In this document: in pieces, positions 25,714-39,400 of the stretch
Numbering within the stretch: position 1 is the first letter of the stretch
How the letters are laid out: every line of letters starts with the position of its first letter
Origin: Amoebophrya sp. A120
Lineage: Eukaryota; Protista; Dinoflagellata
Assembly (NCBI GenBank): GCA_905178155.1
Contig: CAJINV010000001.1
Span: 13,904,664-13,968,663, forward strand
DNA: 64,000 nucleotides
Reading direction: 5' to 3'
Position numbers and translations under genes: made by a program
The notes under the pieces: model-generated
Seen by the model: the letters and a program-made list of their open reading frames with translations, nothing else
The model's database searches: none
Told to the model about the DNA's origin: nothing

Positions 25714-28700
25714 ATGGTAAGTGTTGTTGAGAAGAACGACAAGCACAAGCAGGAGCAGGCACAACTATCAAGAATTTTGCGACGTCGCTAGTACTTGCCG
25801 TAGTCCGTGCTCCCGTATTTCAGTCTCGCTACCTCCACACTGTGCAGCGGATACGTCGGCGGGACTAGTAGTACTACACCAAATAAACGAAAGAACAACG
25901 TGAACAAGAAGGCGCTCCACCACAACCAAAACAGAGAAGTTTCGTGTATGAAAAGAAAAATCTGAAGCGAAAGCGAAAGAAGAATCGTTTCTCCTTTGTG
26001 TAAACAAATAAACGCATTTGTGTACCCACAGCGGCTTCTAAGACTTCATCCCCAGCGCCAGCAGTACTACACCGAGTGGGCTTATCACCAGGGGCGCACT
26101 TTCGCTATTGATGCGGTGCTAAACGTTGTTGTACGACCTGAAATGACGAAAGTTGTCGAGGAAAACATCGCGGAACCCCTCCTCGTTTCCGAGGCGGCCG
26201 AAGCTGCGGACAAGGTGTGACTCTTTTCCTTGTCTTGTACCTACCATTTTTGTCGGGTGAATCTTTCAGCAGCCAGTAACACCAGGGCAGGAGGTGCAGT
26301 GTCATTTTCGTATAGAGTTTGGACATCTTCAACCAAACTGGAAGTTAGTTGTAGGCAAATGAAATGAAGACTATCAAACAAGACTGTAAGCCTAGTACGC
26401 TCTCTCCACCATGCTCAACAGGTTTGTCCCGGCGACGGATCAGATTCCGAAAGAAGTTCAGTGAACAAGGCTCCTTGCGGGGCGACCAGTGTGCAGCTAG
26501 AGGAACCGGATCTCGTTACCACGAGCGCGATGATCATCAAAAAGGACGAAGCGGTGGCCGCTCCGCCTTCCAGTACTGACGGCGACGCGTCTTCGACGGA
26601 AGTGCATGTCGTTCGTCACAGCCAAAGCGAGCACGAAACCGAGGACACTGAAAGAGCCATCACAGAGATCCTGACCAAAGCGCCAGCGGGCACGGCAAGA
26701 AATGAAACAAGTTCACGTTCTACCGCGTCGTGCGATGAGCCGCGGCCAGATGATAACCTGGCTTCCAAGGAAGCATCGCAGGAAGAGAGCGAGCGGGAGG
26801 CTGGTGTGGAGCAGCATGCAAATGCTGTGTCGGGCTCTGCCACTGACGAAAAGGAAAAGCATCCGCAATCTGCTAGCGCCGATGCAACTTCTGCACTACC
26901 ATCAGCACCTGCGGAGATGGCAAACAAGGCAAACGAAGACTCAGGCGCGACTGTGTCTGAAGTGCTGCAACAGGCAGATGCTTCATCTACGTTTGATCAT
27001 GGCGCGCAACAAGAAAAAGAAGAGCAGGAAGTACAACCGACTTCTACAGATTGTGAAACAGGTGCCGAAGAAGCATCTTCTTCGCTAGTCAATGAGAACC
27101 ATAAACCGCCCTCCGTGCCCACAGTTGCAGACGTACTGGCGTCACCACTTGAATTTGTCTGGTCGGAGAACCAAAAGGCCCGGATGAACGTCACCGGCGG
27201 AGATACGGAGCGGACAATCACCTGCAAAAAAATCTCGTATTTTTGGATAGTTGAGTACTTAAGCGCGAATGCAACTGATCATGCAAAAGCAATGCGGCTT
27301 TAGGCTTCCTTCAGACATCTTGTGCATCTACTTGTGAAGTAGATGTTAGAGAACACAAAGAAAATTTACGGGATGGATTTGGTCTATTATCTGACATGGT
27401 TTTTGTCTTGCCTGGGCTGTCACGACAATTGAATTTTCATGCTTTGTCCAGGTATATCCTCCGGCACTTTCATCACCGCACGACGCACGACAAGGACAGC
27501 TGGATGAAGGGAACGGAGTTACTGACCCTGCTCACCGACCCGCACGACCCCCACACGTTGTCCGACCTGCTCGTTTTCCTCAAGGAGTGCAACGAGGAGA
27601 AGGCCAGGTACGAGATCCGTGGGGAGGACAGCGTGCTGGAGGTGCGGGCCAACCGCCGGGTAGATCCGGCTACGTGCCACGCGAATGCTGCGGCGACCGG
27701 CGGTAATCAACATGGGCAACATCATCTTCACGCCGCACATCATGGTGGAAGTTACCATGTTCACAGAGACAATTACCAGCACCACAGTGGTAGAGGAGGA
27801 CCTTCACAAAGGGATCCAAATCTCAATCACAACTCATCATCACACCACAGTAGTACCAAGAATCATCACAACAGCAACATTCACAAGCACTACCAGAACC
27901 AGGCGGTTTACACAACCGAAGATGGACTCGCAGGGATCGCCACGACGTCTGGGGGCGCAACGAGCAGTGGGGGTGGGGAAAGCATCAAGACGTCGCGACC
28001 TCCGCGGACTGCTTCCTCTGTGAGAAGCAAAAGCAGTGGGGGTAGGCTTTTTTATTGTGTTTGCTTCTTGAGTACTTGAGAAAGAGAATGAGATCCTGTC
28101 GCGTTTCAGAAGTTGCCTTGATGTTTTTGTTGCATGCAGACAAGGAGATCTACTTCTACATCGCAGTCTGAATTTCCCTGAAGCTGCAAGTCTCTCCTTG
28201 ACTAAGTATAAGTAAATCTAAATCAGTATCGCTCATGGCCGACATTAAAAGGTCGTAAGTTAACCGGCCTCGACGTCGTGTCCAGCGCCGAGACGGCTTC
28301 GGCTCAGTCACGATCGAAATCTCCGGCTCACCGAAATAAGAAGAAGCAGAAGGGAACGTCCAAAGGGTCGAAGACCACGACTGGCACCAATAATCACAAG
28401 AGCAGCCCCGCCGAGGACCAGCTTTCGCACGCGGATGAAGCGGGCGCGTCAGGCGAGGCTGACGTAGAGACGTCAGCGAAAGTAAAAAAGACAAAGCACG
28501 CCAAAAAGAGCGAGCGGACGCAGCAAGTGGAGAAGACAACCACAACAGGAGCTGCACCTTCTTCAGGGGAAGCAGGCACTGCAAGCAAAGGCTCGGGGAA
28601 ACAGAAGAATAAAGCGAACAAGAGTGCAAACAGCTCGAGTAAACCACGACGCGAATCAGAAGTTGAAGTCGTCGCTGGTGCAGTAACCGCAGCACCAGAT

Positions 28701-31646
28701 CACGTACACGTAGACGCTTGCAGTAAAGATGAAGATAATGCAGCAGTTTCAGTTAGCTCTGCAAAGATTGATGGAGACGAGGAAAACATTAAAGAGAAAG
28801 GAAAAGTAGAGCAGGACGCTGCAGGAGCTCAGGATACTGCAGCCTCCGCAGAGCGTAATGACTCGCCGACTACAGAACCAACGCTAACGCAGAAGCAACC
28901 GGGTGCGAGCAAAAAAGCGAAGGCCAACAAGAAGAGAAAGGCTGCTAGTCAAAAAGCCTCTCCAGCTAGCGCTACCGCGGGTGACGAAGCAGAACCACTA
29001 TCGAAAAACCCAGGCACGGAAGCTGACGAAAAAGATGAAAAATCCAGCAAGTCCTCTACTAGTACTGGCGCAGAGCCTTCAACAACTACGCCATCTAAGC
29101 AGGCCGCACAGCGCGCGAAAGGTAAGTCTAAGGAGAGAGATAACACCGGAGGTGAAGGAGCATCAGAAGCAACGAAATGTAAGACCGCCGCTTCTACGCG
29201 CGCAACGACGGCTTCGAACTCGCGAAAGCGCAGCAAGGAGAAGGGAAAAAAGGTGAACGAGGAACTGTTTGCGCAGAAGTACGGTCTCGATGAGCTTGCC
29301 CTGCGTAAGTTGCACGAGCTTCCGCCGGAAAAGCAGCAAGAGGCAATGAAGAAGTTCAATCCGGTGCGGGCCATCGCTGTCGAGGATTACTCGCGAGTCT
29401 TCATGGCTTTCATGAAAAAGTTGCGCGACCCCGAAGAAAAGCAACCGGGCCCAAATAGCAACGCCATGATCCGAATGTGGAAGCCCGGAGAAGATTTCGT
29501 CCCGTCCGGCGTTGTTGGGGGCGAGGTGCCGCGAGCCGCCATGGAACAAGCACCGGAGCAAGACGCGACGCCCCAGCCCTTGCAGTTTTACGAGTACAAC
29601 AGGAGATCGATCTTTTTTGTTTGTTGAACGATTTGATGTCTCATCTGTAGTTCACATGATGATAGACATAGATTTTGCATCCGTTGTACAGCGAGGCTCG
29701 CACTCGAAAAAGAAACTCAAGAATCAGATTTTGACTTGCTTAAACTGCTGAACTAAACAGGGCGGATGCAGCAGCTGTGCCGCAGTTCGTCTTCGTAAAC
29801 TACGATCCAAGCAGTGTAGGGGCAAAGACGGGAGCAGCTACGTTGGTACATGTGGATGCAAACGGTATTGCTGAGTGATTATCTTCTACTTGTTCTTCGG
29901 AACTCGTATGATTATCTTTACAGTTGCTATCTTTGGAGAACAACCTCAGTGCCGTTGTCGTGTCAGTCCGTTTCCTGTCGAATAATAAATTCGCTTTGTC
30001 TTCACAAAATCAAGACAACTACAGGGAACATGATTCCGGCGGCTTCAACGGCCACGGGCGCGGGAGCGACGCTGGCGTCAACGGCCTCTACACCGGTGGC
30101 TTACGCCTACCCCGCAGCTGCGACACCCGGGGCGACCCACCAGTACTACATGGTCCCAACGACTCCGACAACCGCCTGCTTCGCGATATGGCGTTCTCAA
30201 ACGTTACATTCTCAACTGTTACATGAAATTTGTCATGCAAGAACGGCAAAAGTGAAAGGGAAAAGATTGGGCCTCTTGCATTACAGGTTTGGAGCAGATT
30301 ATGATGCTATCTAGCGCGTCGAGAAGTTGTCATGCAGAGAAGGCTTGATCGTGTGAAGAGCGACAGTGTTTTTGCATGACAGATCATGTAACAGTTGAGA
30401 ATGTAACATTTGAGAACGCCATACGCGACCTCGACTCCCGTCAGTGCCATTTACCACTCGACCACAGGGGCGGCGGCGACTGCCACTCCAGTTTCGGCCG
30501 ACACTGCCACACCAGGTTCGTTTGTTTCCGACGATGTTCACGTTTACCATCATCATGTCTTTCACAGTAGTAGCCCAACGCATGCACAACATGCTCTCTC
30601 GTCTTTTGGTGGTGCAGCAGGGGAAAATCTCATGTCCATGCCTACCGCAATGCCAAGCGCCACGCCAAAAGCAATGGCCGCAACTTGTGCGACGAAAGCC
30701 AGTTTCAGGAAGAACAGTAACAGTAAGGCGCTTCTTGCGCCTCTTCCGGAGAAAAACAAGAATAAGAAACCGCTCGTAGCTGCGGTAGGGACAGCACCGT
30801 ACGACGCGTTTAGTGGCGTGTTTTTTGCAACAAACCAAGGAACAGAGGCACAAGACGGCGACAAAGAAAAACGAAAGACGATGAAATCTACAAGTCCCTC
30901 ATCCAATGTAAGCTCAGCTGCTGTTGCAGTTGCGCCCCCGCCCTACGGTGGTGCTTTCAATAATAGTGAGAACTGCGTCCGTGATTCTGGCGTGAGCAGG
31001 TACCCGAAGCAAAGCGGCGCCACACTTTATCCGGTCCAGACAGGGGCGCGCGATGCTCTTCTCATAGCTGCGACCGCTGCTGCGCAGCAAGAAAGCTCAG
31101 TCAACCCTCTCATGGCTGGAAGTATCAGCAGCAGCGGTAGTAGCGAAGCATACGTTGTCGCCGGCGACTTCCATTACAATAACTACTACGGTGTTGATGC
31201 CCGCGGTCAGGCACAGTGGCAGACCGCTTCTGCGAATGATGGAAATATGAACAGTGCTACACCTCCCACCTTCTACCAGCTCTTCGGATAAACAGATTTG
31301 GTGTGCTTGAGTGTGAGCATGTTCTAGAAAAGACAAAGAAATCTTCTAAAACAACTACGACGCGCTTTTATCCATTTTAAGAACAGCCACGAAGATCTGG
31401 ATCCTGTCGTGATTGATTCTAAAGGCTTTTTCAAGAATGTGAATGCTCGCTGTCGCTGTTCTACTCGTCTCTATCGACCTGCTCTGCACGACTTCTTTAC
31501 ACAGAGCTGTCGATGGCGTTTCTCTTGTTGGAACGTGTTAGCTCGTGGCTACATGGTCTCTTCTTTTTTTGTCTTATTTCAGGTAGCGTATCGTCCTCGT
31601 CGAAAAACCAGCAGCATTCGAAAACGAAAAATCGACCTTCCAGCGC

Positions 31647-31679
<33 letters not shown>

Positions 31680-32270
31680 CTACCGGATTCGTCCTGGGGC
31701 TTTCCAGCAGTTTGCACAACCGGTGTTCACGGCCGCGCCCACGCAATACGCAACGGCTGCTGGGGCATCGCATCGTACTGCGAAAATATAATCGCGACGC
31801 GTTGTTCTACCTAGGTTGCGTTTCTTATTCTTGCCTTTATCGTAAATGTTCACGTTCAGTGTGTGTAGAGTTGTTAGATTTCTTGTTCTCTCCCTTGGCT
31901 CTGTGTCTCGTCTCCTCTATTCATTGTTGGTTGAGTAAGTTGTGCCGCCCCGCCGTATGGTCATGGTGCTGGGTTACAAGGGTTACTGATCATGAATGGC
32001 AAACACAAAGAAACAATTACAGAAACGCTGTACAATCCTGCGGCCACGTGGGCTACACTGATGCCTGCGCAGCAGATGCAGCAATTCTACAACCCTGCGG
32101 CGAGGACGCAGCACCGACATAAAACCGTTAGTGGAGCAGGACGGCCGCAGCAAGTGTCACAACCGCCACGTAGTGCGGTGAGAGGAGCAACAAGTGGAGG
32201 TACAACTTCCGCGGCTACTTCATCTACGGCGAAGCACACCGGGGACGACGCATCGAAAGCTACTTTATGA
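25714..32270 (+). CDS. Large multi-exon disordered protein with a Tpt1/KptA N-terminal (RNA-lobe)-like segment and an hnRNP-Q acidic-domain-like segment; both ends uncertain (may stop at 31291)
   Basis: In-frame GT-AG joins (27237-27451, 28042-28251, 29594-29760) plus one introner (30187-30423); spliced KKISYILRH...DSWM...ELL...EKARYEI...VRAN; YGLDELALRKLHELPPEKQQEAMKKF...SRVFMAFMKKLR. Confidence 0.55.
30187..30423. mobile_element. Introner/MITE-like non-canonical intron (237 bp)
   Basis: ~50-bp TIR TATGGCGTTCTCAAA..., TSD CGCGA (30182-86/30424-28); removal joins ORF 29850 to ORF 30410 in frame (CFA|TSTPV). Confidence 0.85.
31651..31677 (+). repeat. (CAG)9 microsatellite, probable poly-Gln
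   Basis: Direct reading of sequence. Confidence 0.9.
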
Positions 32271-33792
32271 ATTTTATGTTGAAGTCTGCAGCATGTCCTC
32301 TCCATCGTAGCGGGCACATCGTGAATGAACCACAACATGTAAACAAAATCTATCAACGCGCGTCAGTCTCTTCTTCGTATATGGCATGAAGAATCTACTT
32401 TTTCAATTCATCTAGCTTCGCCTGTTGTGCTGGACCCACGACCTCACGCTACCTAGTACTAATTTCAATTTCCAGAAAAACGGTCTTCTGGTACTGAACA
32501 ATTTGAATTTCATCCAAAACCAAAAGATATTGTCTCCACCACTTAGTCTATCCCGCTCCTAGTAGTTGAACGAAGAAAGACTCCCAGACTTAAGTTCAAA
32601 CTTATCAGAAATAACACGACTTCCCTCGATCGGTACTCTTACCTGAGGTTCTGAAAACATGTTTTGCAGCTTTGCAATTTTGCTATTGCTCCTTGACAAT
32701 TTCGCATAAGTATCTTTCTACATAAGAGCAGAAGATGAAGAATTATTTTCCTGTCTTCGTCGCACCCAGCAGCCGCAACGGTGTCGGCTCGTCTTCTGCA
32801 AAGGGGTTGGCCCTAGTTAGTATGTGTACGGAATTGATGACTATGCGACCTTCACTCCAGCAGAAGAACAGCCGGCGCACTGTTTACCGCAGTTGCTGAC
32901 CGAATATGAACGAAAAGAACAAAAAATGAAACTGTATGAAATGTAAGGACGGCTTCTGCTGATGTGGATGCATGTCGGCGGGCGGTACTTACTTCTCCTG
33001 TCACAGAGAGGTACTTGGAACCAAGTACTTGGTATGACCATGGTATAATGCTGATTCTGATAATATGCAATGAAAATGAATGGAATTCGAATTTTGATAT
33101 CTTGTGCCTGCCACCTGCTCCGCAAGCTGCGCTAACAAGTAACTGCTTCTGCTGCAAAATCTGGCGCTGAGATTCTCTTCATGTTTTGACCGGAATTAGA
33201 AATAGACGCACAAACATGAGCTCCGGCAGTGACAGATGAAGATCAACCCAGAGGACACAAAAAGCACTCACTAGGATTTTTGCTCCGGGAAATCGAGATC
33301 AGCGAGCTGTTCCTGAAGATCGAGATCCTTCTACACGGTTAGTAGGGATGAAAAAATTGCTTGACGCACGGAAGCACCTGTAGCCGAAATTATTACTGGC
33401 TTAACCAGACGGTAATATTCTGATCTGAATCATGCTCATGATCCATCCGTAATCTACTCCGTGATCCTGTCAGTCAAAAATCCATTTTGAGAAGGGACCT
33501 ACGAACCCAAGGGACGCAGCAATTTTTTTCGAAAAGCAAAAGATCTATTACTATTTTGATTTTCTGTGTCATGTTGTACCATGATGAAGATGACATGATG
33601 CTCACTTCTAAAACATTGCATATGTCCTTGAGTCGTTCGCAAACTTCAGTCAGCGACCCCAGTTCTCATGTTATCCCTCTCGTGAAGATCATCCTCCTGC
33701 TTGCCCCGATTTATGATAAAACTCCCCAAGAAGAAGCCGATCCCAATATCATTGATATACAGCCCTAGTATGGAAGCAGCGCAACAACTCTC

Positions 33793-35841
33793 TTGCGTGT
33801 TTTTCCGTTGATCTCATCGAATTCGAAAGACATGTTAGAACTACAGCAACATCAGATGGACGGATTTCCGCCGCGAAAAAGGGTGAAGCAACAAGCGGCA
33901 AGTGGCTTGGAGGATTTCGATTGTTACAAGCTGCATCCAGAATATTTGCAGTGCGTGCCAGCCTTGGAATGTCCTCGCGATGTTTTCGAGAACCATCAGG
34001 GTGCGGATCCTGAACCACCGGCACCGCTAGCGCCCGCTCATCTGATCCTACCAACTACCGGTGCTGGCAAATGTTCCTCCGTAGCAAGCTCAAACAAAAG
34101 CGCCGCCGCCACAGTCGTGGTGTCCCTGGAGCAGACGTTGCTAGGCAACATCAAAGCGACGGCACTAGGCGCCGACCACCCGTCGAGTACTACCCCTGAA
34201 ATGAGCACGATGACTCCCGACAGAATACTTGACAAACTGGTTGTGCGCAGCAGAAGGACATTAGAGGATGAAGACGACAGTCCGGCAAAGAACGTCACTG
34301 CGTTTTTCCTCAGCGAGCGCTCGCCCGACCAAACTTGCAGTGGAGGCGCACTGTTCGCAAAACGCACAAATATTCTTACCGAGTGTCACTGCCAGAATGC
34401 CGTGCCTGATGAACATGAACCAGGAGCACCTACTACATGGTCCTATGGTCGTGCAAAAGAGTTCCAAATCCAACCGCCTCCGCTTGGCGACGGAGAAGTA
34501 GACCAGATTTCCTTTCTGCGCATCCTAGACGCAGATCCCGAGGGAGCAGTGTTTGTCCTGGCTGGCCGGACGCGGGTGGAAAGTGCTTTTGCCGCTGCGT
34601 TGTCGGGGACGAAATCCGCCTTGAGTGGACGCTGGAGATACTTCCTGTACTACTGCAGGAGTAGAGATGAGAACAAGAATAATTTTTCGGGTACTACTAG
34701 TTCTTCGACCGGTGTTGAGCTCTTATCTTACGCGGGTGAGATCGATTTCATGCCGGCCAGTGTGCAACAGCTCGAGCAAGAAGAAATCGAGGCGCTGCAG
34801 GGGGAAGTAGAAGATATGGAGCAAGCAGATGAAAACATGCGAACAGAAGGACAGCAGGGAGCTACCGTTGAAGCTGATAGTCGCAAAGCTGAGCAGCCGT
34901 CGCCTTCCAACACAGTCACAGCGACAAGTAGAGCCAAAGAGTCGCGCTTAGCTCTCGACCGCGACCTGGAACGCATCAAATACGTGGTCGCGCGGAGACG
35001 AAAAAACAAAACGCAGGAAAACATTACGGACAAGACCAGCGACGTAGCGGTAAAGATCTATTTGGTGGACCACGAAAATCTGCTCCGCTCGGCGGATGCA
35101 ACACTACCCTGTTCGAACACGCCCCCAAGTGGAACAATTGCTCAAGAAACCCGACAAGTCCTCCTGCACCCGAGCGGTCCCTTGCTTCCGGATACGATCT
35201 GTGGCCTCGGACCACGAAATCATTCCGGCGGTCGTTTGCTTGCGAGATACCGCAAACACCACGCCGTGTTGGTTCATCTGCGCGCGGATGAAGGGAGGTT
35301 CACCGTGGAAAGCGACGCGGGACAAATTTGCCCTGGGATTGCTGCCGTGTGCGATTCACGGGGCGGAAGATTTCGCCGATTATTTTTCAACAGCGAATTT
35401 ATCGTCGTCGTCGAGGAGAACACAAAATTAGACGTCGATCTGATGGAGGACGAGTCTCACGAAGACCCTACAACATCGTCGTCCGCGCGCACGCTCCTCC
35501 TCTCGATTTTCCCCTTCTTGCCAAACTGTAATCTGCCTGACAAGTCTACTGTTCGTGTGGCAGCTACCGCGAGTGTGTCCGCCCTGCTCGGAACGGATCT
35601 TCCGATCGAAAGCGTGCTTCACTTGAAGGACATCAGCGAAACGGAGATGGCGTTTTTTGACGCAAAAACGCACAAATGGCAAGTTCTGAAAGCCAACAAC
35701 GAGGAGCATGCAATTCTCAACACTGTGAAGAAGGTAGATCCGGCTCAGATGACAGCGGCTGAGAACGATGAGGATGCGATATTGCCTAATGGAATTCGGA
35801 AGGCAGCACTTCTACAGTTTCTAGATCGAATGGAAGAATAG
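33793..35841 (+). CDS. Hypothetical protein
   Basis: 682-codon uninterrupted ORF; no family recognised. Confidence 0.6.
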   Translation: MRVFPLISSNSKDMLELQQHQMDGFPPRKRVKQQAASGLEDFDCYKLHPEYLQCVPALECPRDVFENHQGADPEPPAPLAPAHLILPTTGAGKCSSVASSNKSAAATVVVSLEQTLLGNIKATALGADHPSSTTPEMSTMTPDRILDKLVVRSRRTLEDEDDSPAKNVTAFFLSERSPDQTCSGGALFAKRTNILTECHCQNAVPDEHEPGAPTTWSYGRAKEFQIQPPPLGDGEVDQISFLRILDADPEGAVFVLAGRTRVESAFAAALSGTKSALSGRWRYFLYYCRSRDENKNNFSGTTSSSTGVELLSYAGEIDFMPASVQQLEQEEIEALQGEVEDMEQADENMRTEGQQGATVEADSRKAEQPSPSNTVTATSRAKESRLALDRDLERIKYVVARRRKNKTQENITDKTSDVAVKIYLVDHENLLRSADATLPCSNTPPSGTIAQETRQVLLHPSGPLLPDTICGLGPRNHSGGRLLARYRKHHAVLVHLRADEGRFTVESDAGQICPGIAAVCDSRGGRFRRLFFNSEFIVVVEENTKLDVDLMEDESHEDPTTSSSARTLLLSIFPFLPNCNLPDKSTVRVAATASVSALLGTDLPIESVLHLKDISETEMAFFDAKTHKWQVLKANNEEHAILNTVKKVDPAQMTAAENDEDAILPNGIRKAALLQFLDRMEE

Positions 35842-36468
35842 AAGAAGTTGAGAACGTCGGAATACGCATGTTGTAATGGAAATTTTCTTAAGAGGCCCTG
35901 CCCTCACTTCCTCCTTTGGTCATTCTCAGCAACAGCCTGGCTTGCCGACAAAGTCAGTAAAACATTGTCAACGTGTTCAAGAACCATGTCCGCGAGATCA
36001 AAGCGGCCCCAGCTCCTCCAATACCATGTGCGCTTCCCTTTTCGCCTAAAGTGTCGTTTTATCCATGGAACGAGATCCAGTTGCCCTGTTTTACTTTAGA
36101 AAGAATGTCGACACGCACACGACCAAAAGAACGCGCTGCTGATCCACCGAGGAGAGTTAGTATAGCTAGAACCCAGTAGTTCCTTTCCATCCTCACTTTC
36201 TGTGGTCGCGCTGCCGACAACACAAAAAAGAGAAAAAACGTTCAGTTTCTGCCAGCGACAAAGATCCATGTTGTTCCTTTTTCTCTAAACAGCTGTTGAA
36301 GCTGCATGCTTTTTCCGATTTTCGTGACTCTAGCTGCCAATGTACCAGTACTATGCGGGCGGCATCCCATGAAATGCGCCGAGTCAGCTCAGGTATAGCA
36401 AAGTAAGAATCTTGATCTTCAATAGAGCGACCACGCACAAGCACGACCTCAGATTTGATAAATTCAAG

Positions 36469-39400
36469 ATGCCGCCGAAGCAGCCTTCCTCCGGGCTGCC
36501 CCTGGAGGGCAAGACGTTTGTGTTCACGGCCGAAATGGAGTCTCTGGACCGTGAAACCGCCAAGGACAAGATCAAAACGCTGGGCGTATCAAAAGGGAAA
36601 ATCCCCCCATCCCATATCGAAAACGAAATTTGTGATGCTGTATTTCTATTTGGAAACACAAATCGACTTGTAATGCTAGAAGGCCAAGAGCCGCAGGCAC
36701 AGTTGTGGCCTCGTTTGCAGGCAATTTGTCATGCTGTTTCCCATTTCCAGCTGCTTCCTGTCATGCTGAAGATGCAAGACTTCCCCACGCCACCCGGCAC
36801 TACAGTGCGCATCTTTTCCCTTCTAGCATGACAAAGCTGATTTGTGACTGCAAATCTGCATCACAGATTTTGGCTCAAGACCGCGGCCTTTTTTTTTCAA
36901 CCTTTCATTTCTTGGATTTTTTCAGCCAAACAAAAAAGCAGGTCGCAACAGGGAGAGGGATCATGACTAGCCACGTAGATGTCGTTGAACATCCGGCAGG
37001 AAAATCCCTACCCCTGCAAGCTCGGGCGACGTGGTAAGGCAGACGGGAACGCCCAATAAACCTTCACTAGATCGCATGCAAACAGGCCTCGGCACCTGTT
37101 TGCATATCGGTCGACGTGAGCACCGCGGCAGCATTAAGGTCAAAATGAAAAATAGGAATGAGATTCATCGTAAGTTTAGTAAACAAACTGCCGCCATGTA
37201 AAAAAAAAAAATCTGCATCACAGATTTCCGTATTGATATGGGGAGGGGGGATTTTTCTTCTTGATAGGGCGGCAAGGCCACGGATTCCGTCAGCGGCAAG
37301 ACCTCGTACCTGGTTGCCGGCTCCCGCCTGGAGGGCGCGGGCGCCCCGGGCACCGTGGAAGAGACTTCCAAGTACCGCAAGGCGGAGAGTTTAATTGCGG
37401 AGGGCAAACCCCTGATCATTCTGCGCGAGCAAGAGTTCTTGCAGCTCCTCGAGGCGGCCGAGCAGAAAGCCGCCGGTACTTCTGCAACTGGTGGTGCCGC
37501 GGCCGGGCGAGGACAACAACTCCCTTCGCCGATGCAGCAGGGCGGGTCATCTGCCTCTTCCGGTGCAGCGGCTGCCCGCAGTGCAGCTGGACCTGCGGTC
37601 GTGCCCGCGAGTATGACTACGAAGCCGAATGAACACATTCCCTGGGTCCTGAAGTACGCCCCGAAGTCGGTGGACGACCTGCAGGGCCACCAAACGCAGG
37701 TGAAAAAGTTGCGCGAGTGGCTTCGAGACTGGGACGACGTCGTGCTGCGCGGGAACAAAAAACCGGCGGGCAACTTCCGCGGACAGGTCGAAAACGTGAA
37801 TGCCCGGGGCGCACTCATCACCGGGCCGCCGGGGATCGGAAAAACCACCGCCGTGAAGATTGTGTGCGAGGAGTTCAAGGACACGCACGTGGCGCAGTGG
37901 TACAACGCCTCAGACTCCCGGGGTAAGAAAGCGATCGACCAGCTGGCCATGGGGCTCGCACAAGTGGCGGGGGTGGACTGGACCGCCGGGGCTACGCTGA
38001 AGGAACAGAAAGTGACGAAACGGACAATCATCGTGATGGATGAAGCAGATGGTAAGTGCTTCTAAGCAAAATAAGCCTGCAAGAAGCCATGTTGTCGGGC
38101 GTTACTATTGGTAAAGTAAGTGCTTGTAGTTGTCTGCTTTTTCTTTCGGAGTAGTACCATACCAAGATGGTGCTTTGTTTCTCCAGTACTCGTACTGACT
38201 TCTGTTCTCACTGTCACTTTTAGGTATGGGCGCTGGCGACCGCATGGGTACGTCGGCGCTAGCAAAGCTGATTCAAACCACGTCAAACCCGGTGATTTGC
38301 ATTGCCAACGATGGCAGCAAGGAGCAGAAGATGCGGACCCTGGCGAGCAAGTGCTACGACCTGAAGTTTTTCCGGCCCATCAAAACGCAGATTGCGAAGC
38401 GCGTCGCGTTCATCTGCGCACAGGAGGGCATTCGCGCGGAGCCCAACGCGCTGGAGGCCCTGGCGGAGGCCACGGGGAATGACCTGCGCCAAGTGATCAC
38501 GCAGTGCCAGGCGCTGGCCGCGCGCGGCACGCAAACCATCGACGCTGGGGCCTTGACGTTTGCGAACGTGAAGGACAAGGTGAAGCAAATCGAGAAGGAC
38601 ATGACCATCGACGGGTTCGGGGGCGCGAAGAAACTGCTGGACGCGCGGGAGCACAAAAAGATGAACTTCCACGAGCAGATTATTACAGTGAAAAGTACCC
38701 CCCACCCCTGAAAATTCAAAAATTTGTGATGCGAAGTTTCCAAATGAAAGCTTTTTGTCATGCATGAAAGAAGTATGAATCTTTCTGATGCAGAGTCTAG
38801 GCGTGTATCGCATCGCTTGCATGACAAGCGCCGCTCTTGCTGGAGTCTTTTGCAATGCAAATTTTTGCTATTCACGATTGGACACCTGTGATGCTGATAG
38901 ATGCAAGAGAGCGAATGTTTCATTTGGAAAGGTTTGCGAATACAAATGCTCCGGGGTGGGGGCATTTTTCATTGTAATACAGATGGACGCCTACTTCGCG
39001 GACTACGACCTGGTGCCGTTGCTGGTGCAGGAAAACTACATCAAGTACTACGAGCAGGCCAACGGCAAAAGCGTGTCCGACGTGGCGTTCGCCGCGGACC
39101 TGATTGCGCAGGGCGACTACTGCAGCAAGGTGCTCCGCAAGGAGAACGCTTGGTCGTTGCTCCCGGACGTGGGCCTGTGCGGCAGTGTGTACCCCACCGC
39201 GAAAGTGTCTGGGTTCCGCAACTTCCCAGACTTCCCGCAGTGGCTCGGGAAGAACTCGAGCGCGAACAAATCGAAACGAGTGGTGAAGGACTTGAGTGAG
39301 GCGGTGTGGAAAAAGAGCGGCATGAACCCGGACCAAATGATCCAGACCGGCTTTGCCGAGCTGCTGTACACGAAAATCATCGGATTTTTGAAAAAGGGCG

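Noticed and set aside
31287-31582. GA-AG intron extending the 25.7-kb gene
   Set aside because: The phase fits, but upstream phase-1 GT donors (~31191, ~31206) or a real stop at 31291 explain it equally well
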